Source: an uncultured Acidiphilium sp.
Lineage (GTDB): Bacteria; Bacillota; Clostridia; Christensenellales; Borkfalkiaceae
NCBI GenBank assembly: GCA_964629115.1
Contig: CAZVPW010000002.1
Coordinates: 1 to 36,953 of the forward strand
DNA length: 36,953 bases
Direction: 5' to 3'
Shown: positions 24,442 through 33,977 of the stretch, in pieces
Position numbering within the stretch: position 1 is the stretch's first letter
Layout of the letters: each line of letters opens with the position of its first letter
The notes under the pieces: generated by a model
The model's database searches: none
What the model was told of the DNA's origin: nothing
What the model saw: only the letters and a program-made list of their open reading frames with translations
Position numbers and translations under genes: made by a program

Positions 24442-25511
24442 TTTGATTTAACCTCCGACAGACGATCGAGAAGGGCGACTGCGACCGCGCTTTCCACGAC
24501 GGGAACGGCTCTTACGGCGACGCAAACGTCGTGCCTTCCCTCGATTTTTATTTTGGTATTCTTTTTAGATATAAGATCGACGGTATCTTGTTCGATTCCT
24601 ATCGAAGGGGTAGGTCTGAACGCGACCCTTAATCTCAGGTCTTCGCCGTTCGTCACGCCGCCGTTAATTCCTCCCGAACGATTGGTCGCCGAGCGAACGA
24701 CGTCGCCGTTAAAAAACAACGGATCGTTAGAATCGCTCCCCCTCGCCGAGGCAAGGACGAAACCGTCTCCGAACTCGACCCCTTTTACCGCCGGTATGGC
24801 GTAAATCGCGGCGGATATCGCGCTTTCCATTCCGAGAACGCCCGCGCCGCCTATTCCTATCGGAAGATTAAAACAAACGCACTCGACGATTCCCCCGATG
24901 GAATCGCCCCTTCGCTTGGCGTCCTCGATTTCCTCTTCCATTTTCTCTTTTGCCCCGAGACACGGGAAGTTCACGCCACGTCTTTCGACGTCAGAAACCG
25001 AAATATTCTTATCTAAATACGACTCGCCCTTAGCCGTCCCGACCGAAGAGAGATAGGCGAAAACGGTTATCCCATACTCGCGCTCGAGGATTTGTTTGCA
25101 TATTCCCCCGACGAGAGCGTAACCGACGGTCATTCGACCCGAAAACTCGCCGCCGCCCGAGAAATCCGTTTCGCCGCGAACGAGATATCTGACCAAGTCG
25201 GCGTGAGACGGACGAGGTTTGCCGATTAAATTATCGTAATCCTTTTTGCGAACGTCGTCGTTTTTAAATTCGACGATAAGGTCGCCGTAGATTTTTCCGT
25301 CTTTAACCCCGTCGACGAATATAGGCTCGTCCGACTCTTTCCTCGACGACGAATAACTCGCGTCTTTTAAGGAGCGTCTTTTCAAAAAATCTCCGAGAGT
25401 CTTCAAGTCGAACGAAAAACCGCTCAACCCCGACGCCTTAACGACAATCTTTTCCGAGTGGGAATGCCCCGAAACCTCTATTTTTATTTTTTTTCCAAGA
25501 TAAAAAAACAT
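24438..25511 (-). CDS. aroC: Chorismate synthase
   Basis: 357 aa. RPSHAD, GGGEFSGRMT, SGGINGGVTNGEDL, GRHDVCVAVRAVPVVE. The N-terminal GESHG-type motif is divergent (SGHSHSE). Confidence 0.88.
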   Translation of the reverse strand: MFFYLGKKIKIEVSGHSHSEKIVVKASGLSGFSFDLKTLGDFLKRRSLKDASYSSSRKESDEPIFVDGVKDGKIYGDLIVEFKNDDVRKKDYDNLIGKPRPSHADLVRYLVRGETDFSGGGEFSGRMTVGYALVGGICKQILEREYGITVFAYLSSVGTAKGESYLDKNISVSDVERRGVNFPCLGAKEKMEEEIEDAKRRGDSIGGIVECVCFNLPIGIGGAGVLGMESAISAAIYAIPAVKGVEFGDGFVLASARGSDSNDPLFFNGDVVRSATNRSGGINGGVTNGEDLRLRVAFRPTPSIGIEQDTVDLISKKNTKIKIEGRHDVCVAVRAVPVVESAVAVALLDRLSEVKSK

Positions 25512-25550
25512 TGCGATCTCCCGCGTTTGATAAATTTGTCTCTGTGCGAT

Positions 25551-26783
25551 CTACCGATTCGCCAAAATTTTTAAGTCGTCAAAAAATTCGGGATACGACT
25601 TGGAAACGCTTTCTCCGTCCGACGCGGTCGAGTCTCCCGTCGCCCCGGACGAAAGAGCGACCGCCGCCATAACCATTCGATGATCTCCGTCCGTTTGAAA
25701 ATCAGCGCCTCGCGGAGAGCCGTTCGGGGTTATCTTGACAAGATCTCCGACGACCTCGCTCTTAGCTCCGACCGCGCTCGCCATACGAACGCAACCCAAA
25801 AGCCTATCGCTCTCCTTACCCCTTAACCGCTCTACGCCCGAAAAGACGCTTTCTCCCTCGGCGTAGCAAGCGAGCGCGCTCAAAACGGGGAAAAGATCGG
25901 GGATATCAGAACAGTCGACAAAAGCCCCTTTCATTCGACTTTTTCGAGCCTCCGCTCCGTCGGAAAAAGTCTCGACGTCCGCCCCGAACGAGCGCAAAAC
26001 GTCGATTATTTTTCTATCCCCTTGACCGTCGTCGAACGACAACCCTCTAACCCTTGTCCGTCCGCCGATCGCTCCGAGAGCGAGAATGACGGCGGCAGCC
26101 GACCAATCCCCTCCGACGACCGTTTCAGACGGCAGTCTATAATCTTGTTTTCCGCAAATAATCGTCTTATCCGCGGACTTTTCATACTTTATGCCCGACA
26201 AGTCCAAAGTTCTGTACGTCAAATCCAAATAACTTCGACTCGGAATTTTTTCGCCGACGCGAAGTTCGGATTTTCCGCCGAGAAGCGGAAGAGCCAAGAG
26301 CATTCCCCCCGCTATTTGAGAAGTTTGAGAACAATCGAGAAAATATTCGCCCGATCTCAACCGACCGCAAAACGAATAGTTCTCCTCTTTTACTCCCCCT
26401 CGCTCGAGTTCGCCGAGCAAATTTCCGAGAGGTCTCGACAAAAGCCTTTCGGAGCCGACGAAGAGCGCGTTAACCCCTAACGCCGCGGCAATCGGAAGCA
26501 AAAATCTGAAAGTCGTTCCGCTTTCGCCGCAATCGAGAATCGGATCCCGATTCGGTTCGTCTATCCCTCTAACGAACGCGTCGCGCCCGTTAAATTCGAC
26601 TTTTGCTCCAAGCGCGTTCAAACACCTCGCCGTCGCCTTTACGTCGTCGGATACGCCGACGTTTTTTATCGAACTCTCCCCCTTCGTTAAAGCCGCCGCG
26701 ATAAGCGTTCTGTGCGCGATCGACTTCGACGGGGGCGCGATTATATCGCCGAACGGCTCGAAGGGGGTTAAAGTCAGTCTCAT
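25551..26783 (-). CDS. aroA: 3-phosphoshikimate 1-carboxyvinyltransferase (EPSP synthase)
   Basis: PPSKSIAHRTLIAAAL, LRGKESDRL, DHRMVMAAVAL. I prefer the ATG at 26783 (MRLTLTP...), which forms an ATGA overlap with the aroB stop. The track start at 26798 is 5 codons upstream. Confidence 0.9.
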   Translation of the reverse strand: MRLTLTPFEPFGDIIAPPSKSIAHRTLIAAALTKGESSIKNVGVSDDVKATARCLNALGAKVEFNGRDAFVRGIDEPNRDPILDCGESGTTFRFLLPIAAALGVNALFVGSERLLSRPLGNLLGELERGGVKEENYSFCGRLRSGEYFLDCSQTSQIAGGMLLALPLLGGKSELRVGEKIPSRSYLDLTYRTLDLSGIKYEKSADKTIICGKQDYRLPSETVVGGDWSAAAVILALGAIGGRTRVRGLSFDDGQGDRKIIDVLRSFGADVETFSDGAEARKSRMKGAFVDCSDIPDLFPVLSALACYAEGESVFSGVERLRGKESDRLLGCVRMASAVGAKSEVVGDLVKITPNGSPRGADFQTDGDHRMVMAAVALSSGATGDSTASDGESVSKSYPEFFDDLKILANR

Positions 26784-27808
26784 TTTAACATACTCCAAAG
26801 TTCGGCTATCGTTATGACCTCTATTCTGACGTCGCCTATATCCTTTATTAAAACCAGCTTAATCTTATCGCCCGCAACAATCTTTTTATCGAAGAGAATT
26901 CTGCTCTTCAAGTCTCTGTAATCGACCTCGAATCCGAAATCGAAATTGAACGGATAAGAATTTAAAAGCGACTTCATCTCCTTGACTTTTTGTTCGCTTA
27001 AACCGTAAAAGTCCGCCGATATATCGATTATCTTGTCAATTCCAAAAGCAACGCACAGTCCGTGCGACAGAGAAAATCCGCTTTGCGCCTCAAGGGCGTG
27101 ACCTATCGTATGCCCGAGATTAAGAATCTCGCGCCCCCCTTGTTCAAACTCGTCCTTTTCGACCGCGTCCTTTTTTATCTCGACGCACAATGCTATCAAA
27201 TCCTCGGTTATGCCGTTGCGAATATCTTCCGCGGCGACTCTTTTATCCAAAAAGGCGTATTTTACAATCTCGCCGAATCCGCTCTCGACCTCTCTTTGAG
27301 GCAAGGTCTCGAAAGCCGAATAATCGACGAGCGCCAAACTCGGAGAATAAAACGCTCCCACGAGGTTTTTCCCCTCGGGCAAGTTTATAGCCGTTTTTCC
27401 CCCGACAGACGCGTCGACGGCAGACAATATCGTCGTCGGAATCGCAACGTGTTTTATTCCTCTCATATACGTCGCCGCGACGAAGCCGACGAGGTCGGAA
27501 AGCGCTCCGCCGCCGAAAGAAACGAGAACGTCGGTTCTGTCGGCTCCAAGACGAGCAAGTTTGGTCGTCAATCTCTTATATTCGGCGAACGTCTTGCACT
27601 CTTCCCCGTTTTTAACCGTTATAACTTGAATAGGAAACTCGCAAAGTTCGTCTCCGACGTCTTTTGATATTTTTTTCGTGTTTTCGTCGCAGACGAAGAA
27701 TATGCTCCCGTCTCCGACCAACTCGGCGATTTCTTCGGCAAAACCGGCGGCGTTGTCCGAAATTATAACGTCGTAAGGCCTGCTCGAATTTATTCTAACC
27801 TCTTTCAT
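26780..27808 (-). CDS. aroB: 3-dehydroquinate synthase
   Basis: 342 aa. GGGALSDLVGFVAATYMRGIKHVAIPTTILSAVDASVGGKTAINL and NLGHTIGHALE. Confidence 0.9.
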   Translation of the reverse strand: MKEVRINSSRPYDVIISDNAAGFAEEIAELVGDGSIFFVCDENTKKISKDVGDELCEFPIQVITVKNGEECKTFAEYKRLTTKLARLGADRTDVLVSFGGGALSDLVGFVAATYMRGIKHVAIPTTILSAVDASVGGKTAINLPEGKNLVGAFYSPSLALVDYSAFETLPQREVESGFGEIVKYAFLDKRVAAEDIRNGITEDLIALCVEIKKDAVEKDEFEQGGREILNLGHTIGHALEAQSGFSLSHGLCVAFGIDKIIDISADFYGLSEQKVKEMKSLLNSYPFNFDFGFEVDYRDLKSRILFDKKIVAGDKIKLVLIKDIGDVRIEVITIAELWSMLK

Positions 27809-27822
27809 ATAGCCCTCTCTTT

Positions 27823-29577
27823 TTATCTCGCGTATTGACTGTTATAAAGTTCGTAATAAAATCCCTTTTTCGCCATAAGCTCGTCGCGAGTTCCTTGCTC
27901 GACGACGTTTCCGTCTTTCATCGCCAAGATCAAATCCGCCGATTCTATCGTCGACAGTCTGTGCGCTACGACAAAACTCGTCTTGCCCGTCGAAAGTTCG
28001 TCCAACGCTTGTTGGATTTTTATTTCGGTACGCGTATCTATGTTGGACGTAGCCTCGTCGAGAATGAGAACGGGCGGCAGACAAAGCATAACCCTCGCAA
28101 TCGAGATAAGTTGTTTTTGCCCGGCGGACAAACCGTCCTCGCTTATAACCGCGTCGTATCCGCCGTCGAGTCTTTTTATAAATCCGTCGGCTCTCGCCAA
28201 CTTGCAAGCCCTCTCGACCTCTTCTCGCGTCGCGTCCTTTTTGCCTATTTTGACGTTGTCGTAAACGCTCGCTTTTCGTATCCAAGTATCTTGCAAGACC
28301 ATTCCGATATTCGCTCTGAGCGACTTTCTTTCGATAGTCTTCGCGGCTCGTCCGTCAAAGCGAATCTCTCCGTCCGTAACATCGTAAAATCTCATCAAGA
28401 GGTTTATCAACGTCGTCTTTCCGCACCCCGTCGGACCGACGATCGCAATCTTTTGCCCTCGTTTAACGCTTAAGTTAAAGTTTTCTATAAGTTTTTTATT
28501 CGGCTCGTAAGAGAATTTCGCGTCTACGATGTCGACGTCTCCGACTATCGTATCGATTTTAACCTCGTCGCAGAATTTCTCTTCTTCGTCCTCGTCCAAC
28601 GTCTCGAACAATCTCGCCGCGCTCGCTTTGGCGCTCGAAAGTTCGGTCATAACCGCAGAAATTTCGTTAAAAGGCTTAGTGTACTTATTTGCGTAACTCA
28701 ATAGCGACAAAATGCCGCCCGCGGTAATTACAAACGCACCGACGGGACGATAAATCGCGAGCAAAACGCCCGACAAAGCGACGGCGGCGTAAACGAGCGA
28801 GTTGACGCAACGAGTGGTCGGGTTTGTCAAAGATGAGAAAAATACGGCTTTAAACGACCTCTTTTTAAGGTCGCCGTTTATAGAGTCGAAACGAGACGAA
28901 AACTCGTCTTCGGCGGCGTACGCCTTGACGGTCGGCAAGTTTGCGAGAGTCTCCTCGACGAGAGCCGATTGCTTGCCGACGAGTTTGGATTGGTCTTTAA
29001 AAAATCCGTAAGTACGTTTCGTTATGAATTTAGCCGTAAAAAGGGATATCGGCGTCAAAAGCGCGACGACGCACGCGACGATCGGATTGACGCTGACCAT
29101 ACAAACAAGCGTTCCGACAATCGTGATAATGCCCGAGAAAAACTTGGAAAAGCCGAGAAGCAAACCGTCGGCAAGCCTATCCGCGTCGCCGATTTCCACG
29201 CTGAGCAAATCGCCGACCGAACGCGAATCGAGATATTTGAGAGGCGCTCTTTCAAGTTTGTTAAAGACGTCTCGTCTTATCTTCGCCGTGACGCCGTTTG
29301 AAATCTTTACGCTAAGCGCCTCGGATATCCACTGGAAGACGCCGGCGGCGACGGCGAATATCGCCGCTTTGGCAAATATTCGCGACAATCCCGCGAAGTC
29401 GACGTTGTCTTTTCCTATTATAAGATCCGTCGCCTTGCCGAACAAAATGGGCAAAAGAAGGGAAAGCGCGACGTAAGCCGCGGAAGACAGGAGGGAGATA
29501 GCGAACGCGAGACGATATTTAGAGGCGTAACGCCATAATCTCGCTATGACGCCGTCTTTTTTATTTGTCGTTTTCAT
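27823..29577 (-). CDS. Heterodimeric ABC exporter subunit, consensus-site half (paralog of 5423..7174)
   Basis: 584 aa. GPTGCGKTTL, LSAGQKQL, VLILDEATSNID, AHRLST. Only 14 nt upstream of aroB. Confidence 0.9.
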   Translation of the reverse strand: MKTTNKKDGVIARLWRYASKYRLAFAISLLSSAAYVALSLLLPILFGKATDLIIGKDNVDFAGLSRIFAKAAIFAVAAGVFQWISEALSVKISNGVTAKIRRDVFNKLERAPLKYLDSRSVGDLLSVEIGDADRLADGLLLGFSKFFSGIITIVGTLVCMVSVNPIVACVVALLTPISLFTAKFITKRTYGFFKDQSKLVGKQSALVEETLANLPTVKAYAAEDEFSSRFDSINGDLKKRSFKAVFFSSLTNPTTRCVNSLVYAAVALSGVLLAIYRPVGAFVITAGGILSLLSYANKYTKPFNEISAVMTELSSAKASAARLFETLDEDEEEKFCDEVKIDTIVGDVDIVDAKFSYEPNKKLIENFNLSVKRGQKIAIVGPTGCGKTTLINLLMRFYDVTDGEIRFDGRAAKTIERKSLRANIGMVLQDTWIRKASVYDNVKIGKKDATREEVERACKLARADGFIKRLDGGYDAVISEDGLSAGQKQLISIARVMLCLPPVLILDEATSNIDTRTEIKIQQALDELSTGKTSFVVAHRLSTIESADLILAMKDGNVVEQGTRDELMAKKGFYYELYNSQYAR

Positions 29578-31280
29578 TTGTTCGCCTCCCTATTTTGCGA
29601 CGACTCTATTTCGCGATACGCCTCGCAATTTTGTCTTAAATATTCCGCCGTTCCGATTCCGACGACTTCTCCGTCGCCGAGAGTTATTATAAGGTCCGCC
29701 GACGCGACCGCGGACGCTCTCTGCGATACGATTATAGTCGTGAGCGAGCCGCCAAGCGAGGCGATCGCCCTTCTCAATTTCAAATCGGTCATATAGTCGA
29801 GAGCGGACGAACTGTCGTCCAAAATCAGCAATTCGGGTTTTTTAGCCAACGCCCTCGCGATGGAAATTCTCTGTTTTTGTCCGCCGGAAAGATTTCTTCC
29901 GCTTTGCTCGGTCGGAGCGTCGACTCCGCCTTTTTCCTTGACGAAATCCGCCGCTTGAGCCTTTTCAACGGCCTCGTAAACCGTTTGATCGTCGACGTCG
30001 CCGCAAAGCGAGACGTTCGAGCGAATCGTTCCTTTAAACACCGTCGGTCTCTGCAAAACCAAGCCGATTCGCTTTCTCAATTCCTTGATCGGATAACTCT
30101 TAACGTCGCGCCCGTCGAAAAACACCGTTCCCTCGGTAGCGTCGTAAAGCCTCGGCAAGAGGTTGACGATCGTCGATTTTCCGCTTCCGGTTCCGCCGAT
30201 TATGCCGACCGTTTGCCCCTTTTCCACCTTAAAACTGACGTTCTTTACGCCGATTGCATTATCAGAATATTTAACCGATACGTCTCTAAACTCGACAAAA
30301 CTATTCGAAGTTTCTCCGTCGTCGACTCTTTCGATTTCGTCGGGAAGTTCAAGCGCTCGCCCGACTCTTTTCGCCGACGCGAGAGCCCTCGATATGGAAA
30401 CGACGAGATTGGCGAATTTTACCAACTCGACCAAAATTTGAGACATATAGTCGTATAGAGCGACAACCATACCTTGCGAGAGATTCCCGAGCGACACCCT
30501 TATCGCTCCGCTATACAACAACGCGACGACCGCAAGGTTGACGATTGTAAACGTGAGCGGATTCAAAAGGGAAGAAATGCCGCCGGCAAAATTCTGAAAT
30601 TTCTCGAGCGCGGTAGTTTTTTTATCGAATGACTCTATCTCGTCGTCTTCGGCTCCGAACGCCCTTATAACTCTCGCGCCCGTCAAGTTTTCTCTCGCCG
30701 CCAAAGCGACGTCGTCGAGCATATTTTGAGCCTTGACGTACTTCGGCATAGTTATTCGCATTATAACGACTACGACAATCGCCAAGACGACTATCGTCGC
30801 GACGAACACGAGCGAAGTCTTAACGTCTATGAGCAAGGCGCAAACAAAGGCTCCGAGAACGACGAAAGGCGAACGAAGAAGAAGTCTCAACGCCATATTG
30901 ACGCCGTTTTGCATTTGATTGATATCGCTCGTCATTCGCGTGATCATGGTCGACACGCCCATTTTATCCGTTTCCCAGAGAGGCGACGTCAACAACTTAT
31001 TATAAAGCCTTCCCCTTACGTCCGACGAAAATCCGGTCGCCGCTCGAGCCGAGAAAAACTGTCCGCAAATGGAAAATCCCAAGCCCAAAAACGCGAGCGC
31101 AGCCATTATGCAAACGTCGATCGCGGCGGCTTTAACGTTTCCCTCGCCCGCGCCGCGATTGATCACGTCGGCTACGAGAAGAGGGATTATAAGTTCCAAA
31201 AGAGCCTCGACCAACTTGCACAGAGGGGCGAGAACGCAATCTAATTTATAGTTTTTTAAATTTGCAAATAATTTTCTCAT
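29574..31280 (-). CDS. Heterodimeric ABC exporter subunit, degenerate-site half (paralog of 3708..5426)
   Basis: 568 aa. GGTGSGKSTI, LSGGQKQR, LLILDDSSSALD (D replaces the catalytic E). ATGA overlap with the downstream partner. Starts 3 nt after the AAA+ gene stop. Confidence 0.9.
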   Translation of the reverse strand: MRKLFANLKNYKLDCVLAPLCKLVEALLELIIPLLVADVINRGAGEGNVKAAAIDVCIMAALAFLGLGFSICGQFFSARAATGFSSDVRGRLYNKLLTSPLWETDKMGVSTMITRMTSDINQMQNGVNMALRLLLRSPFVVLGAFVCALLIDVKTSLVFVATIVVLAIVVVVIMRITMPKYVKAQNMLDDVALAARENLTGARVIRAFGAEDDEIESFDKKTTALEKFQNFAGGISSLLNPLTFTIVNLAVVALLYSGAIRVSLGNLSQGMVVALYDYMSQILVELVKFANLVVSISRALASAKRVGRALELPDEIERVDDGETSNSFVEFRDVSVKYSDNAIGVKNVSFKVEKGQTVGIIGGTGSGKSTIVNLLPRLYDATEGTVFFDGRDVKSYPIKELRKRIGLVLQRPTVFKGTIRSNVSLCGDVDDQTVYEAVEKAQAADFVKEKGGVDAPTEQSGRNLSGGQKQRISIARALAKKPELLILDDSSSALDYMTDLKLRRAIASLGGSLTTIIVSQRASAVASADLIITLGDGEVVGIGTAEYLRQNCEAYREIESSQNREANK

Positions 31281-31283
31281 ATC

Positions 31284-32687
31284 TTACTTCTTTTGTTCGA
31301 GCGCTCTTTTCGCCATTTCTTTTATTTTATCTCCCCCGACGAGAAGTTCGGAATTTATCTCGTAAAACTTCGGGCAATCGTATTTGGAGAGAAATGCGAC
31401 GAAATTCTCGCTCGCCATCATTTCGGACATAGCCGTCGCCAACTCTTGTCCAAGCCCCAACGATTCTTGCGAAAACGCCAGAACGTTTTCTATTTTCTTT
31501 ATTCTACTCTTTCCGTATTCGTCGGTATCTTTGACGTACGCCTCGCCGAAACTTTCGGCTCCCGACGCGCCGAGACCGTCGATAATCGTCTTATACTCGG
31601 CTTTTTGATATCTATTGAGCGAACCCGACGAATATTTCTCCGCTATCCGCGCAAGCGTTTTTCTCCCGTCGTTTGCCTTTAACGCTTCTCGAACAACTTC
31701 CGCCGCCTCGAATTTCGCCGCCGCCTTGTCGGCTATCTTCGCGACTTTCGCCCTCATAATTTCGGCGAGAGCAAACCTCTCTTCGAACGTTGCCGAGGAT
31801 AGATCGACTTTCGACGCCTTGCCGTTCTCGACGTCGTCTCCCGACGCGATGTCGCGGTATTTTTGACATATCTCGTAATACCCGATAAACTCCGTCGCGA
31901 TCTCGGGACACTGAATATATCCGCCGACGAGCGACGCGCGAACGGGAATACCCAACTTCTCATATTCGAATAAAGCGTAAGATAAGTCTTCCCAACTTCT
32001 CGGAGTGACGAGTTTCAATCCGTTCTTGCCCTTTTCGGCGACGAAGAGAAAGTCGCTTCTCAACGACAAGAACCCGGAAATCGCTCCGTGTATCCCCGAA
32101 TTTAAAGCGTACGTTTTAAACGCTTCGTAATCGGGTTCGACCTCGAGTTTTCTCACTCTGTCGAGAGTTACCATATCGAGTTCGTTGACCGATTTGTTAT
32201 ACTCTTCGGGGTTGCCGGCGGCGACCAAAATCCAACCGTCGGGAATTTTATGCGTTCCGAATTTCTTTTTTTGGAGAAGTTCGAGCATTGTCGGAGCAAG
32301 CGTTTCGGACGCGCAATTTATCTCGTCGATAAACAAAATTCCTTCCTTTTTGCCTTGTTTTTCTATTGCCTCGTAAGTCTCCGCGACTATCTCGCTCATT
32401 GCGTACTCGGTAACAGAGTATTCTTTCCCGCCGTAAGTTTTTTTGGATATCAACGGCAAACCTATCGCCGACTGACGAGTGTGATGAGTTATAGTGTAAC
32501 TTAAAAAACCTATGCCGAGTTCTTTGGCAATCGCGCTCATTATGGCGGTCTTGCCGATACCCGGCGCCCCGATCAACAGAGGGGGTCTTTGGCGTTCTAT
32601 CGGAATTTTATAGTTTCCGTCGGCGTCTTTTGCCAGATAAATTCTGACCGCGTTTTTTATCTCGTTTTTTGCTTCGAGAATATTCAT
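31284..32687 (-). CDS. MoxR-like (AAA_5-type) AAA+ ATPase with a long helical C-terminal extension
   Basis: 467 aa. Walker A LLIGAPGIGKTAI, Walker B ILFIDEINCA, sensor-1 LVAAGNPEEYN, Arg region VTLDRVRKL. GGAGG RBS. Confidence 0.85.
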   Translation of the reverse strand: MNILEAKNEIKNAVRIYLAKDADGNYKIPIERQRPPLLIGAPGIGKTAIMSAIAKELGIGFLSYTITHHTRQSAIGLPLISKKTYGGKEYSVTEYAMSEIVAETYEAIEKQGKKEGILFIDEINCASETLAPTMLELLQKKKFGTHKIPDGWILVAAGNPEEYNKSVNELDMVTLDRVRKLEVEPDYEAFKTYALNSGIHGAISGFLSLRSDFLFVAEKGKNGLKLVTPRSWEDLSYALFEYEKLGIPVRASLVGGYIQCPEIATEFIGYYEICQKYRDIASGDDVENGKASKVDLSSATFEERFALAEIMRAKVAKIADKAAAKFEAAEVVREALKANDGRKTLARIAEKYSSGSLNRYQKAEYKTIIDGLGASGAESFGEAYVKDTDEYGKSRIKKIENVLAFSQESLGLGQELATAMSEMMASENFVAFLSKYDCPKFYEINSELLVGGDKIKEMAKRALEQKK

Positions 32688-32732
32688 AAAACCTCCAGCG
32701 CGGCTTGTTTGCCGCGAGCCGCAAACTTAAAA

Positions 32733-33977
32733 TCAGTTTTCGTCGATGATTATTTTATAGGCAAAGTACGGGGTTTTTATCTCTTCCGCGCCCTCTCCGT
32801 ACAACAGAAAGCACGTCTTATATTCGGGATTATCGCTCGGAAACTCCCCTCGTCCGTCGGTAAAATAGAGCAAGGCTCTTATCTTCGCTCCTCGTTTTGC
32901 GTCGGCGTCGAGAAGTTTAAAAACGGGACGAAAATCCGTTCCGCCGCCCCCGATAAGTTCGAACGAGTTCGACAGTTGCTTTAGACCGTCTTCTTCGTCG
33001 ACGATTTCGTCCGCCCGAATTTGATTGTCGCATTGGATAATCCGCAGTTTCAATTTATCTCTTTCGGAAATTTGCTCGCATATCGCGTAAACTTCCTCGA
33101 CGAATTTTTTTACCGGCTCTCCCTTTACGCTTCCCGAAACGTCTATCGCGACGACTATTTGCGAATAGTCCTTATCTTCGCTCGATTCGAGATTTTCTAT
33201 CAACGGAACGTTTCCGTATAAGTTCAAACCGTAACAATAATATCCGTAATCGAATTCGTCGCTCGTTTTTTTCCTTTCGCTCGTCTTCAAAAATCTACGC
33301 AAAAAACTTCGGTAATCTTTATCGCTCCCGACGACGTTTTCTATCTTCCGTCTAAGTTCCCTTAAACCCGAACCCCAAAGGGGAATTATTCGCCGCGCGA
33401 TTTCAATCCATCTCTTTTGGTCGTCCTCTCCGTTTTCCGAGTCTCCGCCCGTTCCGTTTGCCTTCTCGTTTGATTGCCACGATCTATGGTCGCAAACTTT
33501 AAACGCGGCGGAAATTTCGTCGATTTGGTCTTCTGTCTGTTCGGACAAAAAAGCCGAACAAAGTTCTTCGGTTATTCCACCTCGACTTTCGATAATCCTC
33601 TCGTAAATCTTCTTTCTGAACGCGGCGGCGCGTCTGTCTCCAAAACAAACTCCCAAGGAATCGACGTAATACCCGACGGTCACATCGTCGGCGACGTCCT
33701 TAAACGCGGAAGAAACAACCTTAAACGGATGTCCGAACAAATCGTGCAAAAGACAATGGATTTCGCCAAGGAGAATTTTCCCCGCTCCCTCGGCTGCCGC
33801 AACCGTTAACAGAGGCTTTCCGAAAAAAATCTTCTTCCCGTCTGTCGAGCATAAATACTCTTCATCGCAAGGCGAGGGAGCCGCCGCCCCGACGGCAAAA
33901 GCAAAGAATGGGTAGTCGGCGGATAAACTCGCGGACGCGAGTCGGATTATTTCCTCTCTGATTTCCAAATCGTTCAT
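32733..33977 (-). CDS. vWA-domain protein with an N-terminal metallopeptidase-like (DUF2201_N-like) domain
   Basis: The ATG at 33977 (MNDLEIREEI...) forms an ATGA overlap with the upstream stop. N-terminal domain carries EIHCLLHDLFGHPF. C-terminal vWA domain has the MIDAS residues VVAIDVSGSV, GGGGTDF, LLYFTDGRG. Confidence 0.8.
   Translation of the reverse strand: MNDLEIREEIIRLASASLSADYPFFAFAVGAAAPSPCDEEYLCSTDGKKIFFGKPLLTVAAAEGAGKILLGEIHCLLHDLFGHPFKVVSSAFKDVADDVTVGYYVDSLGVCFGDRRAAAFRKKIYERIIESRGGITEELCSAFLSEQTEDQIDEISAAFKVCDHRSWQSNEKANGTGGDSENGEDDQKRWIEIARRIIPLWGSGLRELRRKIENVVGSDKDYRSFLRRFLKTSERKKTSDEFDYGYYCYGLNLYGNVPLIENLESSEDKDYSQIVVAIDVSGSVKGEPVKKFVEEVYAICEQISERDKLKLRIIQCDNQIRADEIVDEEDGLKQLSNSFELIGGGGTDFRPVFKLLDADAKRGAKIRALLYFTDGRGEFPSDNPEYKTCFLLYGEGAEEIKTPYFAYKIIIDEN

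Noticed and set aside
27835-28473. 212-aa plus-strand ORF, with similar ones at 27062..27667, 29877..30458, 30726..31244, 10617..11225 and 4833..5405
   Set aside because: All lie antisense within strongly supported genes (ABC, aroB, nitroreductase). The four I checked by coordinate (27835, 10617, 4833 and, elsewhere, 387) are codon-aligned. All have Arg-rich low-complexity translations and no SD sequence.
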